64,000 nucleotides of DNA. It comes from an uncultured Alphaproteobacteria bacterium. Lineage in GTDB: Bacteria > Pseudomonadota > Alphaproteobacteria > RF32 > CAG-239. A program made the position numbers and the translations under genes. The stretch spans positions 1,587-65,586 of the forward strand of contig CALXPZ010000006.1 in assembly GCA_944390375.1 (NCBI GenBank). Reading direction: 5' to 3'. Below the pieces are notes generated by a model. It saw only the letters and a program-made list of their open reading frames with translations. It did not search any database and was not told where the DNA came from. Each line of letters begins with the position of its first letter. Position 1 is the first letter of the stretch. This document shows positions 47,668 through 57,773 of this stretch, in pieces.

Positions 47668-48906
47668 TCACTCGTCCGGCAACAGTACGGAAAAAACCGA
47701 CCCTTTTCCCGGTGTACTTCTGACTTCGATGCGGCCGCCGTGCCGTTCGACAATTTCCTGTGCGATGGAAAGCCCGAGCCCGGTTCCCGCCGTCTGCCGG
47801 CTGCGGTTTTTATCCGCCCGGTAAAAACGTTCGAAAATATGGGAAATATCTTCCTCGTCAATCCCGATCCCGTGATCTTCAACCTCAATCCGACAGTTCT
47901 TATCCTCGCGGAAAGCACGGACAATCACTTCCGAATGTTCCGGGCTGTATTTAATGGCATTATCCAAAAAAATAAGCAGCAGTCGTCGGATCATTTCCTT
48001 GTCGGCTTTCACCAAAACCTCTTTTCCGCAACCGTTGATAAGCCGGATATCCTTGTGGCTGTTCATATGGGCAAGGGTTCCTTCAATCAACCCGTTAACA
48101 TCAAACAGCTCGCGGTGTAAAATCTGTTGTTTGTTGTCCGCCCGCGCCAGTTCCAGCAAATTTCCTATTAAAGCGGACATACCGAGCACTTCTTCTTTCA
48201 TACCGGCCACAAGCGGTTGTTTGGGATCCGTCATTTCCATCAATTCTATCGAAGACAGCAAAACGGCAAGCGGCGTTCTCAGTTCATGCGACGCATCGGC
48301 AACAAAGCGTTTTTGCCGTTCCAGCAGCACCACCAACGGAGAAATTGTTCTGTCCGCAAGAAAGTTGCCGCAGCCTCTGGCAACCGCCAGCATCAAAAGC
48401 AGTGCGCCGAGCCAGATATAAATATAGCGCCCGGAAAGCAGTTTTAGGGGCGTAACATTCACCAGAATGACCACTTTTCCTTTAGCTGTCCGCCCCGATA
48501 TCATATAAAACTGCCACAAATTATTTTCCTCATCGCGCAGAGAAAAAAACTCCAGCCCGTTTCCCGGTACGGCTTGTACCGCTTTTTCCAAACAAAGTTC
48601 CGCTATTTTCTCGTTTTTTGGATGTTCGGCAAAAACAGGTCTATTGTCTTCAAACCAATAAGCATAGCTGTAAATAGATGAAATATCCGAGACCATCACC
48701 GTTTCTCTGGGGCGGGAAATTTTTCCCATCCCGAAACCTTCCGCTTCCCTGATCTCGGCTGTCAAAGCATCGCGCATTGTATCGGCAATTACTTTATGCA
48801 CCATATATTTGCACATGGTAAAACCGCCGATGACAAAAAACAACAACATTACCGCAATAATGGCCGTGTATTTGTAAGACAGACGGCGCCGTACTTTGTC
48901 AATCAC
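47668..48906 (-). CDS. sensor histidine kinase (two TM helices, HisKA + HATPase_c)
   Basis: H-box ASHELRTPLAV, N-box LLLIFLDNAIKYS, G-boxes VEDHGIGIDEED and GTGLGLSIAQEIV. Confidence 0.85.
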   Translation of the reverse strand: MIDKVRRRLSYKYTAIIAVMLLFFVIGGFTMCKYMVHKVIADTMRDALTAEIREAEGFGMGKISRPRETVMVSDISSIYSYAYWFEDNRPVFAEHPKNEKIAELCLEKAVQAVPGNGLEFFSLRDEENNLWQFYMISGRTAKGKVVILVNVTPLKLLSGRYIYIWLGALLLMLAVARGCGNFLADRTISPLVVLLERQKRFVADASHELRTPLAVLLSSIELMEMTDPKQPLVAGMKEEVLGMSALIGNLLELARADNKQQILHRELFDVNGLIEGTLAHMNSHKDIRLINGCGKEVLVKADKEMIRRLLLIFLDNAIKYSPEHSEVIVRAFREDKNCRIEVEDHGIGIDEEDISHIFERFYRADKNRSRQTAGTGLGLSIAQEIVERHGGRIEVRSTPGKGSVFSVLLPDE

Positions 48907-49598
48907 CGTTCAATCTCCAGAACATAACCGATTCCCTTCACCAGCTTGATTTGCACCTTATCCGTCACTTTTCTGATTTTACGTCGCAAAATGTAAATAT
49001 AAGCATCAAGGCTTGCTGGGCTGATGTCCGGATTGTCTGACCAAACCTTGTCCATAATCGTTTCCCTTAAGATAATCTGCCCGCTGTTGACAAACAAAAT
49101 CTGAAAGACCTCCTGCTCCCGCCGGCTCAGCTTCAACTCATGATCTCCCAGACGCAACACTCCCGTTTTGGCGTTCATCTCAATGCCGAATTTTGTATAA
49201 ACTCCGTCAACGAAAGGCCTGCCTTTACGGCGGCCGAGCGCGTTGACCCGGGCGATCAACACCTTGTTTTCAAACGGCTTAACCAGATAATCGTCGGCGC
49301 CGCTCTCAAGCCCCGCCACGCAATCATCGGTTCCGTCCCTGGCCGTCAAAAAAATGATTCCCCCCTGATAATTATATTTACGCGGATTGCGCAGCAGCCT
49401 GCAAATTTCAATCCCGCTGATCTCGGGCAACATCCAGTCGAGAATAATGACGTCATAGCTGCTGGCCGCGGCTTCATCAATCAGATCCAGTGCCTCTTTT
49501 CCGTCTTTTGCCCATTCGACTTCAAATCCCGAAAGTTCCAACAGGCTTTTGACCAGCCCGCCCAGTTTGAGGTCATCTTCTGCCAATAACAATCTCAT
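48903..49598 (-). CDS. OmpR/PhoB-family response regulator
   Basis: Receiver domain (MRLLLAEDD, DVIILDWMLP with the phospho-acceptor Asp, FLTARD) and a winged-helix C-terminus (LRRKIRK). Overlaps the kinase gene by 4 bp. Confidence 0.9.
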   Translation of the reverse strand: MRLLLAEDDLKLGGLVKSLLELSGFEVEWAKDGKEALDLIDEAAASSYDVIILDWMLPEISGIEICRLLRNPRKYNYQGGIIFLTARDGTDDCVAGLESGADDYLVKPFENKVLIARVNALGRRKGRPFVDGVYTKFGIEMNAKTGVLRLGDHELKLSRREQEVFQILFVNSGQIILRETIMDKVWSDNPDISPASLDAYIYILRRKIRKVTDKVQIKLVKGIGYVLEIER

Positions 49599-50023
49599 TT
49601 TTATTTTCCTTATGTTATCAGTCTAAAAACTATATTTTGATCTGGCAAGACAAATCTTTATGTTATAAATCTTAAAAAAATTCTTTTCTTTCAGATTTTT
49701 TTCAGATTGAACCTTTATTTCTTGAAAACGAAATAAAGCAGTAAAACATAGTCGCCTGTAGTTTCTAGGTGTTTTTGAGCCCGAAAGGCATGTTTTTCGG
49801 GCTCAAAAGTAAAAGTTAATCCTGTTTGTTTTTCATAATCCATACCGGAATATCCGGATATTTTTATAAATGTCTCTTTTGGTTAATGCACAATTTGTGC
49901 TTTTTTTTGATCCGGGCAACCCCCGGATCAAAAATTTTAAACTTTTTCCCGCACAAAAAATCTTCCTCCTGCTCTTTTCTTTGCCTGATCTGACGTTATA
50001 TCAAAAAAGAAAGGAGAAATAAA

Positions 50024-50689
50024 ATGAACCCGCGTTATATTTACGCCAAACAATCTAAAGTTATGCGTGCTTTGTGGAATTTTCTGACCAGTCCGACCGG
50101 CGCTTTTCTGATTGCCGTCTCTGCCATTCTCATCGGTTATTACCAATTCGACATCAGCCGCCCGATTTTAAAATACACCAGCGAAACAACGGAGATATCT
50201 TCCGCCTCCGGCAGCGACGATTTCAAAATTCACATCAACGGCAAAGATTATCCGAAAATATATAAAACGGAACTGACGCTGACCAATACCGGCGAAGATG
50301 CCCTGCCCGGCAACGATGTCTCGGCCATCGGTCACGACCCGATACGCATTCCCATTCCCCCGCGGGTCAAAGTACTCTACTACGGCATCAGCAGCAGCGG
50401 AACCTCCGAAGATGTCGCCGCCAAACTGATCCCCGTTGATGACGCTCTGGTCATCACTTTCAACTACCTCAACCCCGACAACCAGATTACCGTTCACATG
50501 TACAGCGAAGACGATTACGACAACTACGAAATAAAAGGATCCGCCGTTAACGTCAACCAGATAACACAGGCTTGGAGTCCCGAACAAACCCGCCGTTTTA
50601 TTATCCGCATCGCTCTCGGCATCATCCTTTTCTATACCCTGTTTATATACCTCTATGTCCGGCGGCATAAACCGTTGCCCCGGATATAA
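50024..50689 (+). CDS. hypothetical membrane protein (221 aa; TM helix at each end)
   Basis: No family assigned. Confidence 0.4.
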   Translation: MNPRYIYAKQSKVMRALWNFLTSPTGAFLIAVSAILIGYYQFDISRPILKYTSETTEISSASGSDDFKIHINGKDYPKIYKTELTLTNTGEDALPGNDVSAIGHDPIRIPIPPRVKVLYYGISSSGTSEDVAAKLIPVDDALVITFNYLNPDNQITVHMYSEDDYDNYEIKGSAVNVNQITQAWSPEQTRRFIIRIALGIILFYTLFIYLYVRRHKPLPRI

Positions 50690-50736
50690 AAAACTTCCCG
50701 TATTTACGGGAAGTTTTTTCATGCCCGATACAATTT

Positions 50737-51345
50737 TTATAAATCGGCAACCACGGAAACGGAAACGATCTCGTCCGGCTCGCTGACCATACCGTTGGCG
50801 CCGGTACCGCGTTTGATCATATCGACATATTCCATCCCGGAAGTAACCTCACCCCACACCGTATATTGGCCGTTAAGCCACGGTGCCTCGGCAAAGCAAA
50901 TAAAAAACTGGCTGTCTGCGGAATCCAGATCCATCGCGCGGGCCATCGAAACCGTGCCTCTCAGATGCGGCCGGCGGTTAAATTCCGCTTTCAGTTTTTT
51001 GCCGCTGCCGCCGGTTCCGGTACCGTAAGGACACCCGGTCTGAGCCATAAAGCCGTCAATTACCCGGTGAAACTTCAAGCCGTTGTAAAAACCGGCCCGC
51101 ACCAACTCCTTGATCCGTGCGACATGGTTCGGCGCGTCTTCGGGAAACATCTCAATCACGACATCGCCGTTTTTCAGTTTCAAGACCAAAGCATTTTCGG
51201 CATCTTTAACCAGATATTTGGCTTTTTCTTTTTTTGAACGCGACGGGCTTTTGGTCAGTTTTTTCGTTTCCGCGGATTTCAACCCTTTGGTTTCAGCCTT
51301 GGCCAGTTTCGCCGTTTCTGCTTTTTTCAACAATTCAGCCATCAT
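50737..51345 (-). CDS. cyclophilin-type peptidyl-prolyl cis-trans isomerase with a lysine-rich N-terminal extension
   Basis: Cyclophilin core (FHRVIDGFMAQTGCPYGTGTGGSG, VSMARA, SQFFICF, WLNGQYTVWGEVTSGMEYVDMI) preceded by about 45 aa of AETAKLAKAETKGLKSAETKKLTKSPSRSKKEKA. Confidence 0.85.
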   Translation of the reverse strand: MMAELLKKAETAKLAKAETKGLKSAETKKLTKSPSRSKKEKAKYLVKDAENALVLKLKNGDVVIEMFPEDAPNHVARIKELVRAGFYNGLKFHRVIDGFMAQTGCPYGTGTGGSGKKLKAEFNRRPHLRGTVSMARAMDLDSADSQFFICFAEAPWLNGQYTVWGEVTSGMEYVDMIKRGTGANGMVSEPDEIVSVSVVADL

Positions 51346-51405
51346 ACAATCTCCTTAAATTACTTCTGTACATAATATAGGAACCAGCCGACGGAATAGC
51401 AAGCT

Positions 51406-52383
51406 TTACTTCAGAACATAATCAACCCGTTCGGACCATGTCAGCCCTTTGGGATAGTAGTTGCGAATTCTTTTTAACAAATCACGCAACCCGCAGCCGT
51501 TGGCAATTTGGATTGCCAACCCCGGCCGGGCATTCAGTTCCAGCATCATCGGCCCGCGGTATTTGTCAAGCACGATATCCGCCCCCAGATACCCCAATCC
51601 GGTCATTTCATATCCTTTGGCCGCAATTTCCAGATGCTCCCGCCAAAAAGGAACCTGCAATTTCATCAGATCGGCGCCGGTGTCAGGATGAAAACTGATC
51701 GGCCGGTTATGCGATACCGCAGCCACCGCACACCCGCTCTTAATGTCAATGCCGACACCTACCGCGCCTTGATGCAGGTTTGCCCTACCACCCGATTCTT
51801 TGGTTGCCAGACGCATCATCGCCATGGCCGGAAACCCTTGGTAGACAATCACCCGCACATCGGGAATCCCCTGATAACTGAAATCTTGGAATTGGTTTGA
51901 AAAGTGAACCATCTCTTCCAGCACGGCCACGTCATACTTTCCGCCGAGGGAATAAAGTCCGCTCAAAATATTGGAAATATGCTGATAGACCTCGTGATAA
52001 GACAGCACTTTTTCCGACGCGGTTACAAACTGTTTTTCATCATAGCTCTTAATCACCAGCACACCTTTGCCGCCGCTGCCGTGTGCCGGCTTGATCACAA
52101 ATTCCTTATAACCTTCCACCAGCGACAAAAAACGATCCACTTCATTTTGCACATCTATCACACCGATCAAATGCGGCGTATTGATTCCCACGCCGGCGGC
52201 CAGTTTTTTGGTTTGTACTTTGTCATCAACCAGCGGATAAAGCCGTCTGCGGTTACTTTTGGCAATAATTTCATAATTGCGCCGGTTCATACCGAGCACA
52301 CCGGCCTCTCTCAACTGCGACGGCGTGGCAAAATGTTTCAAAAAATCAAACATGTTTTTCGTCCTTTTTCGCCAGCGGAGCAA
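51406..52383 (-). CDS. RimK-family alpha-L-glutamate ligase-like ATP-grasp protein (alternative start at MFDFLKH, 52353)
   Basis: ATP-grasp motifs (FVIKPAHGSGGKGVLVI, MLELNARPGLAIQ). N-terminal GVLGMNRRNYEII is typical of the 'alpha-L-glutamate ligase-like' family that co-occurs with the two downstream genes. Confidence 0.75.
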   Translation of the reverse strand: MLRWRKRTKNMFDFLKHFATPSQLREAGVLGMNRRNYEIIAKSNRRRLYPLVDDKVQTKKLAAGVGINTPHLIGVIDVQNEVDRFLSLVEGYKEFVIKPAHGSGGKGVLVIKSYDEKQFVTASEKVLSYHEVYQHISNILSGLYSLGGKYDVAVLEEMVHFSNQFQDFSYQGIPDVRVIVYQGFPAMAMMRLATKESGGRANLHQGAVGVGIDIKSGCAVAAVSHNRPISFHPDTGADLMKLQVPFWREHLEIAAKGYEMTGLGYLGADIVLDKYRGPMMLELNARPGLAIQIANGCGLRDLLKRIRNYYPKGLTWSERVDYVLK

Positions 52384-53887
52384 AACGTGTCAGTTCCGTC
52401 AGGCGGTAACCGGTATAAGTGCCGAGCAGCATAACGATAAACAAAATAACCAGATTGAATTCGTTAAACGCAAACATAATATGGCGAATATATTCATTGA
52501 CGATTACAAAATAGGTAATAATCGCCACCAACACGCTGTAAACGATTTCTTTGGTCGCATTGGCCGCTCCGTCTTCCTCCCAGGTAATGGATGCCCGTTC
52601 GATAACCCAAGCCATAATGATAATCGGGAAAGAAAGAGCCGATACGGCAATATTCCATTTCCATTGATAACCGATGACAGACAGCACCTGCATAATCAGA
52701 ATAACAAAAATAACCACCGCCGAAATCCGCGGAACCAGCAACAGATTAAGCTTTGACAACCCGGCTCTGATCAGCAGACCGGCGCCCAAAATCAGCGAAA
52801 AGCAAATCAGTCCCGGCCAAAATCCGGTCTTAACCAACGACATGGCGATCAGCATCGGTGTGAACGTCCCCATGGTCTGGATACCGACCACATTGCGCAT
52901 CAGTACGACGACCAAAATTGCAAGCGGAAAAATCATCAACCATTTCAATGTGTTCTGTTCATTAAGCGGCAGATTGTAAATTGAATAATTAAACAAGCTG
53001 CGGCTGTGTGAAAGCTCCGCACGATGTCCGGCCATCCGGAATGAAGAACGGATCGACTTCATAACCGAAAACTTGGTAACGGAATCCGTACCGCCTTCCA
53101 CATCGACCAGAGAGTTTCCGCCGCGCTGAAAGATAATAAAATTGCTCGGCACGCCTTTTTTACCGGTTTCCAGATTATAAATCTTCCACATTCCGTCAAT
53201 ATAAGCCTCGAGCATCACATCGGGCATAAGCGTTTTTTTGCCTTCTGTCAGCTTTATGCCTCGCACCATCCGCGCCGAGATGTCTTTTAAGGCCAGCAAA
53301 TCAATCACGGCCTGAGCCGTTGCCTTGTCGGTGCGGGGAGAAGGAACAAAAGACTGCACCGTTTCGTCCGGCGGATTTTGATTAAACAGGGCAATCACCT
53401 GCTGGATCGGATCGCCTTCCCGCTGTGCGGCCATTTCCAACAGTTGTCCGGCAACAACGGAAGTTTGCTCATCCATAATTGGTTTCTGCGGCGCCGAAGG
53501 CTTTTCGGCCGGTGTTTTTCCCCTGCTGTCAACATTATCGTAAAGGAGCACACGGTAGTAGATATCCTGCAGCTTGCTTTTCGGTTTGGAGGTAATTTCT
53601 ATTCGTTCCGTTTTCTTTTCTATTTTATATTTCGGCGCCACCGCATCTTCGTCCAACACCTTAAAACCGGCCGTAGACAGCGGTCTGGCCATGGACACGC
53701 GGATATTGCTCCCGTTTGGCATAAAACTGACATGTTCCTCCACCGTCCACACGTCCGTCGTTTGCTTAGGGGTAAAATTAAATCCCCAATAACGAATTTT
53801 ATAATAAGCGGCATAGCCTGCAAATGCTATTGACAGAACCAAACCGACGGTTAAAAAAAATCTCACGGATTTCAATTTGTTTAACAT
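52346..53887 (-). CDS. inactive transglutaminase-like domain fused to a C-terminal 7TM domain (513 aa)
   Basis: N-terminal TM/signal anchor, a periplasmic transglutaminase-like region, and a C-terminal block of about 7 TM helices (LMIFPLAILVVVLM...). This is the known partner of RimK-like ligases. Confidence 0.65.
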   Translation of the reverse strand: MLNKLKSVRFFLTVGLVLSIAFAGYAAYYKIRYWGFNFTPKQTTDVWTVEEHVSFMPNGSNIRVSMARPLSTAGFKVLDEDAVAPKYKIEKKTERIEITSKPKSKLQDIYYRVLLYDNVDSRGKTPAEKPSAPQKPIMDEQTSVVAGQLLEMAAQREGDPIQQVIALFNQNPPDETVQSFVPSPRTDKATAQAVIDLLALKDISARMVRGIKLTEGKKTLMPDVMLEAYIDGMWKIYNLETGKKGVPSNFIIFQRGGNSLVDVEGGTDSVTKFSVMKSIRSSFRMAGHRAELSHSRSLFNYSIYNLPLNEQNTLKWLMIFPLAILVVVLMRNVVGIQTMGTFTPMLIAMSLVKTGFWPGLICFSLILGAGLLIRAGLSKLNLLLVPRISAVVIFVILIMQVLSVIGYQWKWNIAVSALSFPIIIMAWVIERASITWEEDGAANATKEIVYSVLVAIITYFVIVNEYIRHIMFAFNEFNLVILFIVMLLGTYTGYRLTELTRFAPLAKKDEKHV

Positions 53888-53907
53888 GAAAGCCTCGCCA
53901 TAATCTT

Positions 53908-54483
53908 TTAACGCAGCGTATTGCTCAAAGAAGCATCAACCACAAACCGCCCGGTCAGAATATTGCGGCCGATCAGTCCCTGATAATTAAAACGGTCGCG
54001 TTTTGCCAGCGAAAACTCCGCTTTCACGATTTCCTCACCCATTTTAATATCCATAACGACGACGATACGTTCTTCGTTACCGTTGATTCGCTTAACGGTC
54101 GGCTGACGTTTTATTTTTTTCTCAAAATGGTATTTTTCGCCGGTTTCCCGATTAACCAGATCAAAGCCGACCCATTTTTCACCGTCGCGTTCAAACGGGC
54201 GAATGTCATCGGCATCAACCGAAGATGTTTCGGCTCCGGTATCTATCCGCGATGAAAACGGAGATTTCATCGGCAGAAAATAAATCGGCTCCACTTCCCC
54301 GATCACCTTAAGCGGCACTTTCAACTGTCGTTGTTCGGATTTTTCGTTGGCGGTTTCAGGCATTCTGACCTCCACTCCCGGCACGATTGCAGGACGAATA
54401 CTGCCCTGATTTTGGCATGCGGCACACAGGCACAACAAAAAAAGTGCCGTCATTTTTTTTACAATATCAGCCATGTTTCTCAT
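53908..54483 (-). CDS. retropepsin-like aspartic peptidase ('ATP-dependent zinc protease' COG4067 family), secreted/lipoprotein
   Basis: Signal peptide with Cys (FLLCLCAAC). Retropepsin signature IDTGAETSSV. 191 aa. Confidence 0.7.
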   Translation of the reverse strand: MRNMADIVKKMTALFLLCLCAACQNQGSIRPAIVPGVEVRMPETANEKSEQRQLKVPLKVIGEVEPIYFLPMKSPFSSRIDTGAETSSVDADDIRPFERDGEKWVGFDLVNRETGEKYHFEKKIKRQPTVKRINGNEERIVVVMDIKMGEEIVKAEFSLAKRDRFNYQGLIGRNILTGRFVVDASLSNTLR

Positions 54484-54636
54484 ATCTTGTTAAAACTGTT
54501 TCTTATTTATCTTTAAATGCAGAAAAAAGTAAAGTAAAAAAAATTCCGCTGTGATCACTTTTTTAATGACTTTTGTCCTAAAAAAAGTTATATTGTACAA
54601 AAATAAGAATAAAAATCAGAATCCGAAGAGAAGACC

Positions 54637-55644
54637 ATGCCGCAGACCTCAAACAAAGCCGCTAAAATATTAAAAATAAAAGTCCGCAAAAATATTTATC
54701 GGATGAAAAAATATCTGCTCGGACTGACAACGCTCGGCGCCGTGATTTCCGCGCCTGCCGGCCTGCACGGACAGGAAGCGGGCAACTTCGGGCAAACTCA
54801 GGAACAAACCGCTGCCGGCAAAAAAATGTCCGCAGAAAAAACCGGCGACAAACTGCTGGCCTATAACCGCATGGTTGAAGTCAACCTCGGACAGGAAATC
54901 GAAAACCGGGCGGATTGGTTCGTCGACGAGTTCGTGAAAGCCTCTTCCAAACATCTGACAGCGCTAAAAAAGGCCACCGCTCGTGGACAAAAAACAAGTT
55001 ATGTCGAAAACAATTTTTTTGACATTGTTTACCCGTCCGGTCATCTCTCCGGTCGCAACAACTACTGCATCACGGCCATCAACCGGGCGTTGATCGATGC
55101 CAATGTATTCGGCGACCTCAACGGCGCCCTGCCCGAATACAAAAGCGAAGGAGGCAACGCCGTCGAATGCCGGCGTTTTGTCAGCTACCTTGAAAGAAAA
55201 GGCTACCGCGACTGCATCCGCCACGGTGCAATCAACATAAAAAATCTGCAAATCGGAGACATTGTCATGACACCCCGCGGAGGCGGACGCTATCACGCCA
55301 CCATCTACATCGGCAACGGCGTTGTTCGCAGTTTTAACAACGACGGAGAATGGTTGCTGAAAAAACGCAGCGGCATTGTCATAAAAACCAAAGCCATCGC
55401 CGAAAAAGCAATTACGCAGAAACTTGAAAAACAAAAGCTGGTCAATCTGCAAAAAGGCAAAAGGCAAATTGTTCCCTTGCAAAAAGCTCAAAAAATCATG
55501 CAGTTTTTATACGCCGGGCGTAATGTCGGCGACAGAATGGTGGCCTTACTGCTGGACAACGACCGTGGCAATTTGCTGGCTTCCGCCTCCATTCCGGCAG
55601 AAAAATTTTCACGCCGGCAGCTGACGGAAATCCGCGGTCGGTAA
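54637..55644 (+). CDS. secreted hypothetical protein, possibly a papain-fold (NlpC/P60 / CHAP-like) hydrolase
   Basis: Signal peptide (MKKYLLGLTTLGAVISAPAGLHG from an internal Met). The Cys in NNYCITAIN and the His in GGGRYHATIYIGNG have the spacing of a Cys/His papain-fold dyad. Tentative. Confidence 0.35.
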   Translation: MPQTSNKAAKILKIKVRKNIYRMKKYLLGLTTLGAVISAPAGLHGQEAGNFGQTQEQTAAGKKMSAEKTGDKLLAYNRMVEVNLGQEIENRADWFVDEFVKASSKHLTALKKATARGQKTSYVENNFFDIVYPSGHLSGRNNYCITAINRALIDANVFGDLNGALPEYKSEGGNAVECRRFVSYLERKGYRDCIRHGAINIKNLQIGDIVMTPRGGGRYHATIYIGNGVVRSFNNDGEWLLKKRSGIVIKTKAIAEKAITQKLEKQKLVNLQKGKRQIVPLQKAQKIMQFLYAGRNVGDRMVALLLDNDRGNLLASASIPAEKFSRRQLTEIRGR

Positions 55645-55648
55645 CCGC

Positions 55649-56875
55649 CTAAAAAAAGAAACTGGCGCGCAGGCTGATAACCGTACCGTAATCGGATTTC
55701 GTGTTCAACGCCGGATCGATATAAAACTGGATATCCGGCGTAATTGTCATCCATTTTGAAATACCGAAGGCATAATAAGCCTCAACCACTTTTTCGCTGT
55801 CATGGGAAAGCTTTTCACCGACGGCCGCCTCGTCAATTTTGTTATAGGCAAAGGCCAGTCCGGCCTGATCCAGCGGATTGCGGTCAAACGGATCGTTGTA
55901 CACCAGGCCGAGCACCCACGATTGTTCAATTTCAGCAATCGAACCGGAAACACCGTTTACCCGTGCAAACACGGCCAGTTTTTTGCCGATATTCTGACTC
56001 AGATTGACCGACCAGCCGTTGGTTGTCTGCGGCTGTTCTTTGACCCGGGGCTGATTATAAATCAAAACCGAATACCGCCCGGCTCCCAGTCCTTTGATCA
56101 TCGGAGTATAGGCCAAATAACCGAAAGTGGCGTAATGTTCTTCGCTCAAATCATTGACACGGACGCTTATCCCGTCGACATTAGTGGCATCCTGCGCACC
56201 GAAAGCAAACGACCATTCGTCAGTAGGGGTAATTTGAGCATAAGCGCCGACACCTGCCGTCGAATAAGTCGAACTGCCGTTTTGCGACAAAGCATAGTTG
56301 ATAAAATTGACCTGTTGGTTAGAATTATACGGTCCGCCGTCAAAGTTGGAAAACGAAAACTGACCGGCGGCAACCGTCAGCCATTTCAGGGAACCGCCGA
56401 ACTGATAATCATAATACAATTCGCTGAACGAATTTGCCTTATCATCATTATCGTTAATTTCCGTTGCCACACCGATATTGCTGCCGACCCTGGCCGCATC
56501 CGAACCGCCGTAACGGGCAACCGTGTAGGCAAAATTAAGCGTACCTGTACCATGGTCATTGTCAAACATTGTCCAGGTAAAACTTGGAGAAATCAACGTC
56601 TGATAAGCGGTTTTCCGTCCGTTCGGCGCTCCCCGCTGCGGCATATAGGAAATATCAACGGCATAATCAAAACCGTATTCTTTGCTCAGATAATTTTTAA
56701 AAGCGGTATAATCATCGCCGAAAGTGCTGAACGTAAAATTGCGCCGACGGGAAGCCTCCTCCACCCTTCGCTCCGCCCCTTGCGGCAAATCATCGCTGTC
56801 CGCACGGGCTTCCAAAGAATGGCTGATGACCAACGCACCCCAAAAAAACGGCAGTACATAATTTCTGATTTTCAT
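55649..56875 (-). CDS. aaxA: OprB-family (carbohydrate-selective-type) outer-membrane porin, AaxA-like
   Basis: Signal peptide, amphipathic beta-strand pattern throughout, C-terminal ...ISLRASFFF with a terminal Phe. OprB-like family features. Divergently adjacent to the arginine decarboxylase/antiporter pair. Confidence 0.65.
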   Translation of the reverse strand: MKIRNYVLPFFWGALVISHSLEARADSDDLPQGAERRVEEASRRRNFTFSTFGDDYTAFKNYLSKEYGFDYAVDISYMPQRGAPNGRKTAYQTLISPSFTWTMFDNDHGTGTLNFAYTVARYGGSDAARVGSNIGVATEINDNDDKANSFSELYYDYQFGGSLKWLTVAAGQFSFSNFDGGPYNSNQQVNFINYALSQNGSSTYSTAGVGAYAQITPTDEWSFAFGAQDATNVDGISVRVNDLSEEHYATFGYLAYTPMIKGLGAGRYSVLIYNQPRVKEQPQTTNGWSVNLSQNIGKKLAVFARVNGVSGSIAEIEQSWVLGLVYNDPFDRNPLDQAGLAFAYNKIDEAAVGEKLSHDSEKVVEAYYAFGISKWMTITPDIQFYIDPALNTKSDYGTVISLRASFFF

Positions 56876-57050
56876 TTTTCCCTCTCATCTGCAATTACCG
56901 ATGTCTCTTATTTATATACGGAAAATCAAAGATAAAGGACGTTAGTTCGTTTTTATATCTTTAGTATAGTCCGTGCTTGAAAATACACCCGCACCGATTA
57001 ACTCATAGGCTGTAAAAAGCAAAATATATTTCAATCAAAGGAGAAAAATT

Positions 57051-57632
57051 ATGACCGAAGGCGTTCGTTACCCGACATTAGCATTTCAAACCGGCGGAGC
57101 CGGACAGGCCGACGAGGGCATTCCCCCGCAACCGTTTGAAACTTTTTGTTACGATTCCGCCCTGTTGCAGGCCAAAATCGAAAATTTTAACGTCATCCCT
57201 TACACGTCGGTTTTGCCCAAAGAACTCTACGGCAACATTGTTCCGGTCGACAAAGTTGTCAACCAGTTTAAGCACGGTGCGGTGCTGGAAGTCATCATGG
57301 CTGGCAACGGCGCCAATCGCGACCAGCACAAGGCCATCGCCACCGGCGTCGGCATTTGCTGGGGCAAAAACAAAAAAGGCGAATTGATCGGCGGCTGGGC
57401 GGCCGAATATGTCGAATATTTCGACACCTACATTGACGACGATATTGCCAAAACCCATTGCGAAATGTGGCTGAACCGCTCTTTGAACCACGAACTGCAA
57501 ATCCGCGGCGTTGAAAAACACAGCGAATTTCAGCTCTTCCACAATTATATCAATATCACGCAGCAGTTTGGCTATTGCCTTACCTGTCTTGGTTTCCTTA
57601 ACTTTGAACACGCGGAACCGGCCAGGGTATAA
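57051..57632 (+). CDS. aaxB: pyruvoyl-dependent arginine decarboxylase (PvlArgDC), AaxB-like
   Basis: The 193-aa protein aligns nearly end to end with chlamydial AaxB as recalled: [62 protein letters not shown]...[10 protein letters not shown]...[25 protein letters not shown]...[29 protein letters not shown]. The predicted self-cleavage site Thr52-Ser53 is conserved in PYT|SVLP. Confidence 0.85.
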   Translation: MTEGVRYPTLAFQTGGAGQADEGIPPQPFETFCYDSALLQAKIENFNVIPYTSVLPKELYGNIVPVDKVVNQFKHGAVLEVIMAGNGANRDQHKAIATGVGICWGKNKKGELIGGWAAEYVEYFDTYIDDDIAKTHCEMWLNRSLNHELQIRGVEKHSEFQLFHNYINITQQFGYCLTCLGFLNFEHAEPARV

Positions 57633-57773
57633 CCGGCTTCGATGAAGACATCCGGAACATTTGATTTCCGGCTGTTTTGAGAAGCCGGTACCGAACGTGA
57701 GGCGGAACAATCTTTTTTCAAACGGTTGTTTCGCCTCCTTTCGTAAAATAAATATCACCAAAGGATAAAAACA

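Noticed and set aside
55802-56935. 377-aa + strand ORF
   Set aside because: Antisense to the OprB-like porin. Low-complexity.
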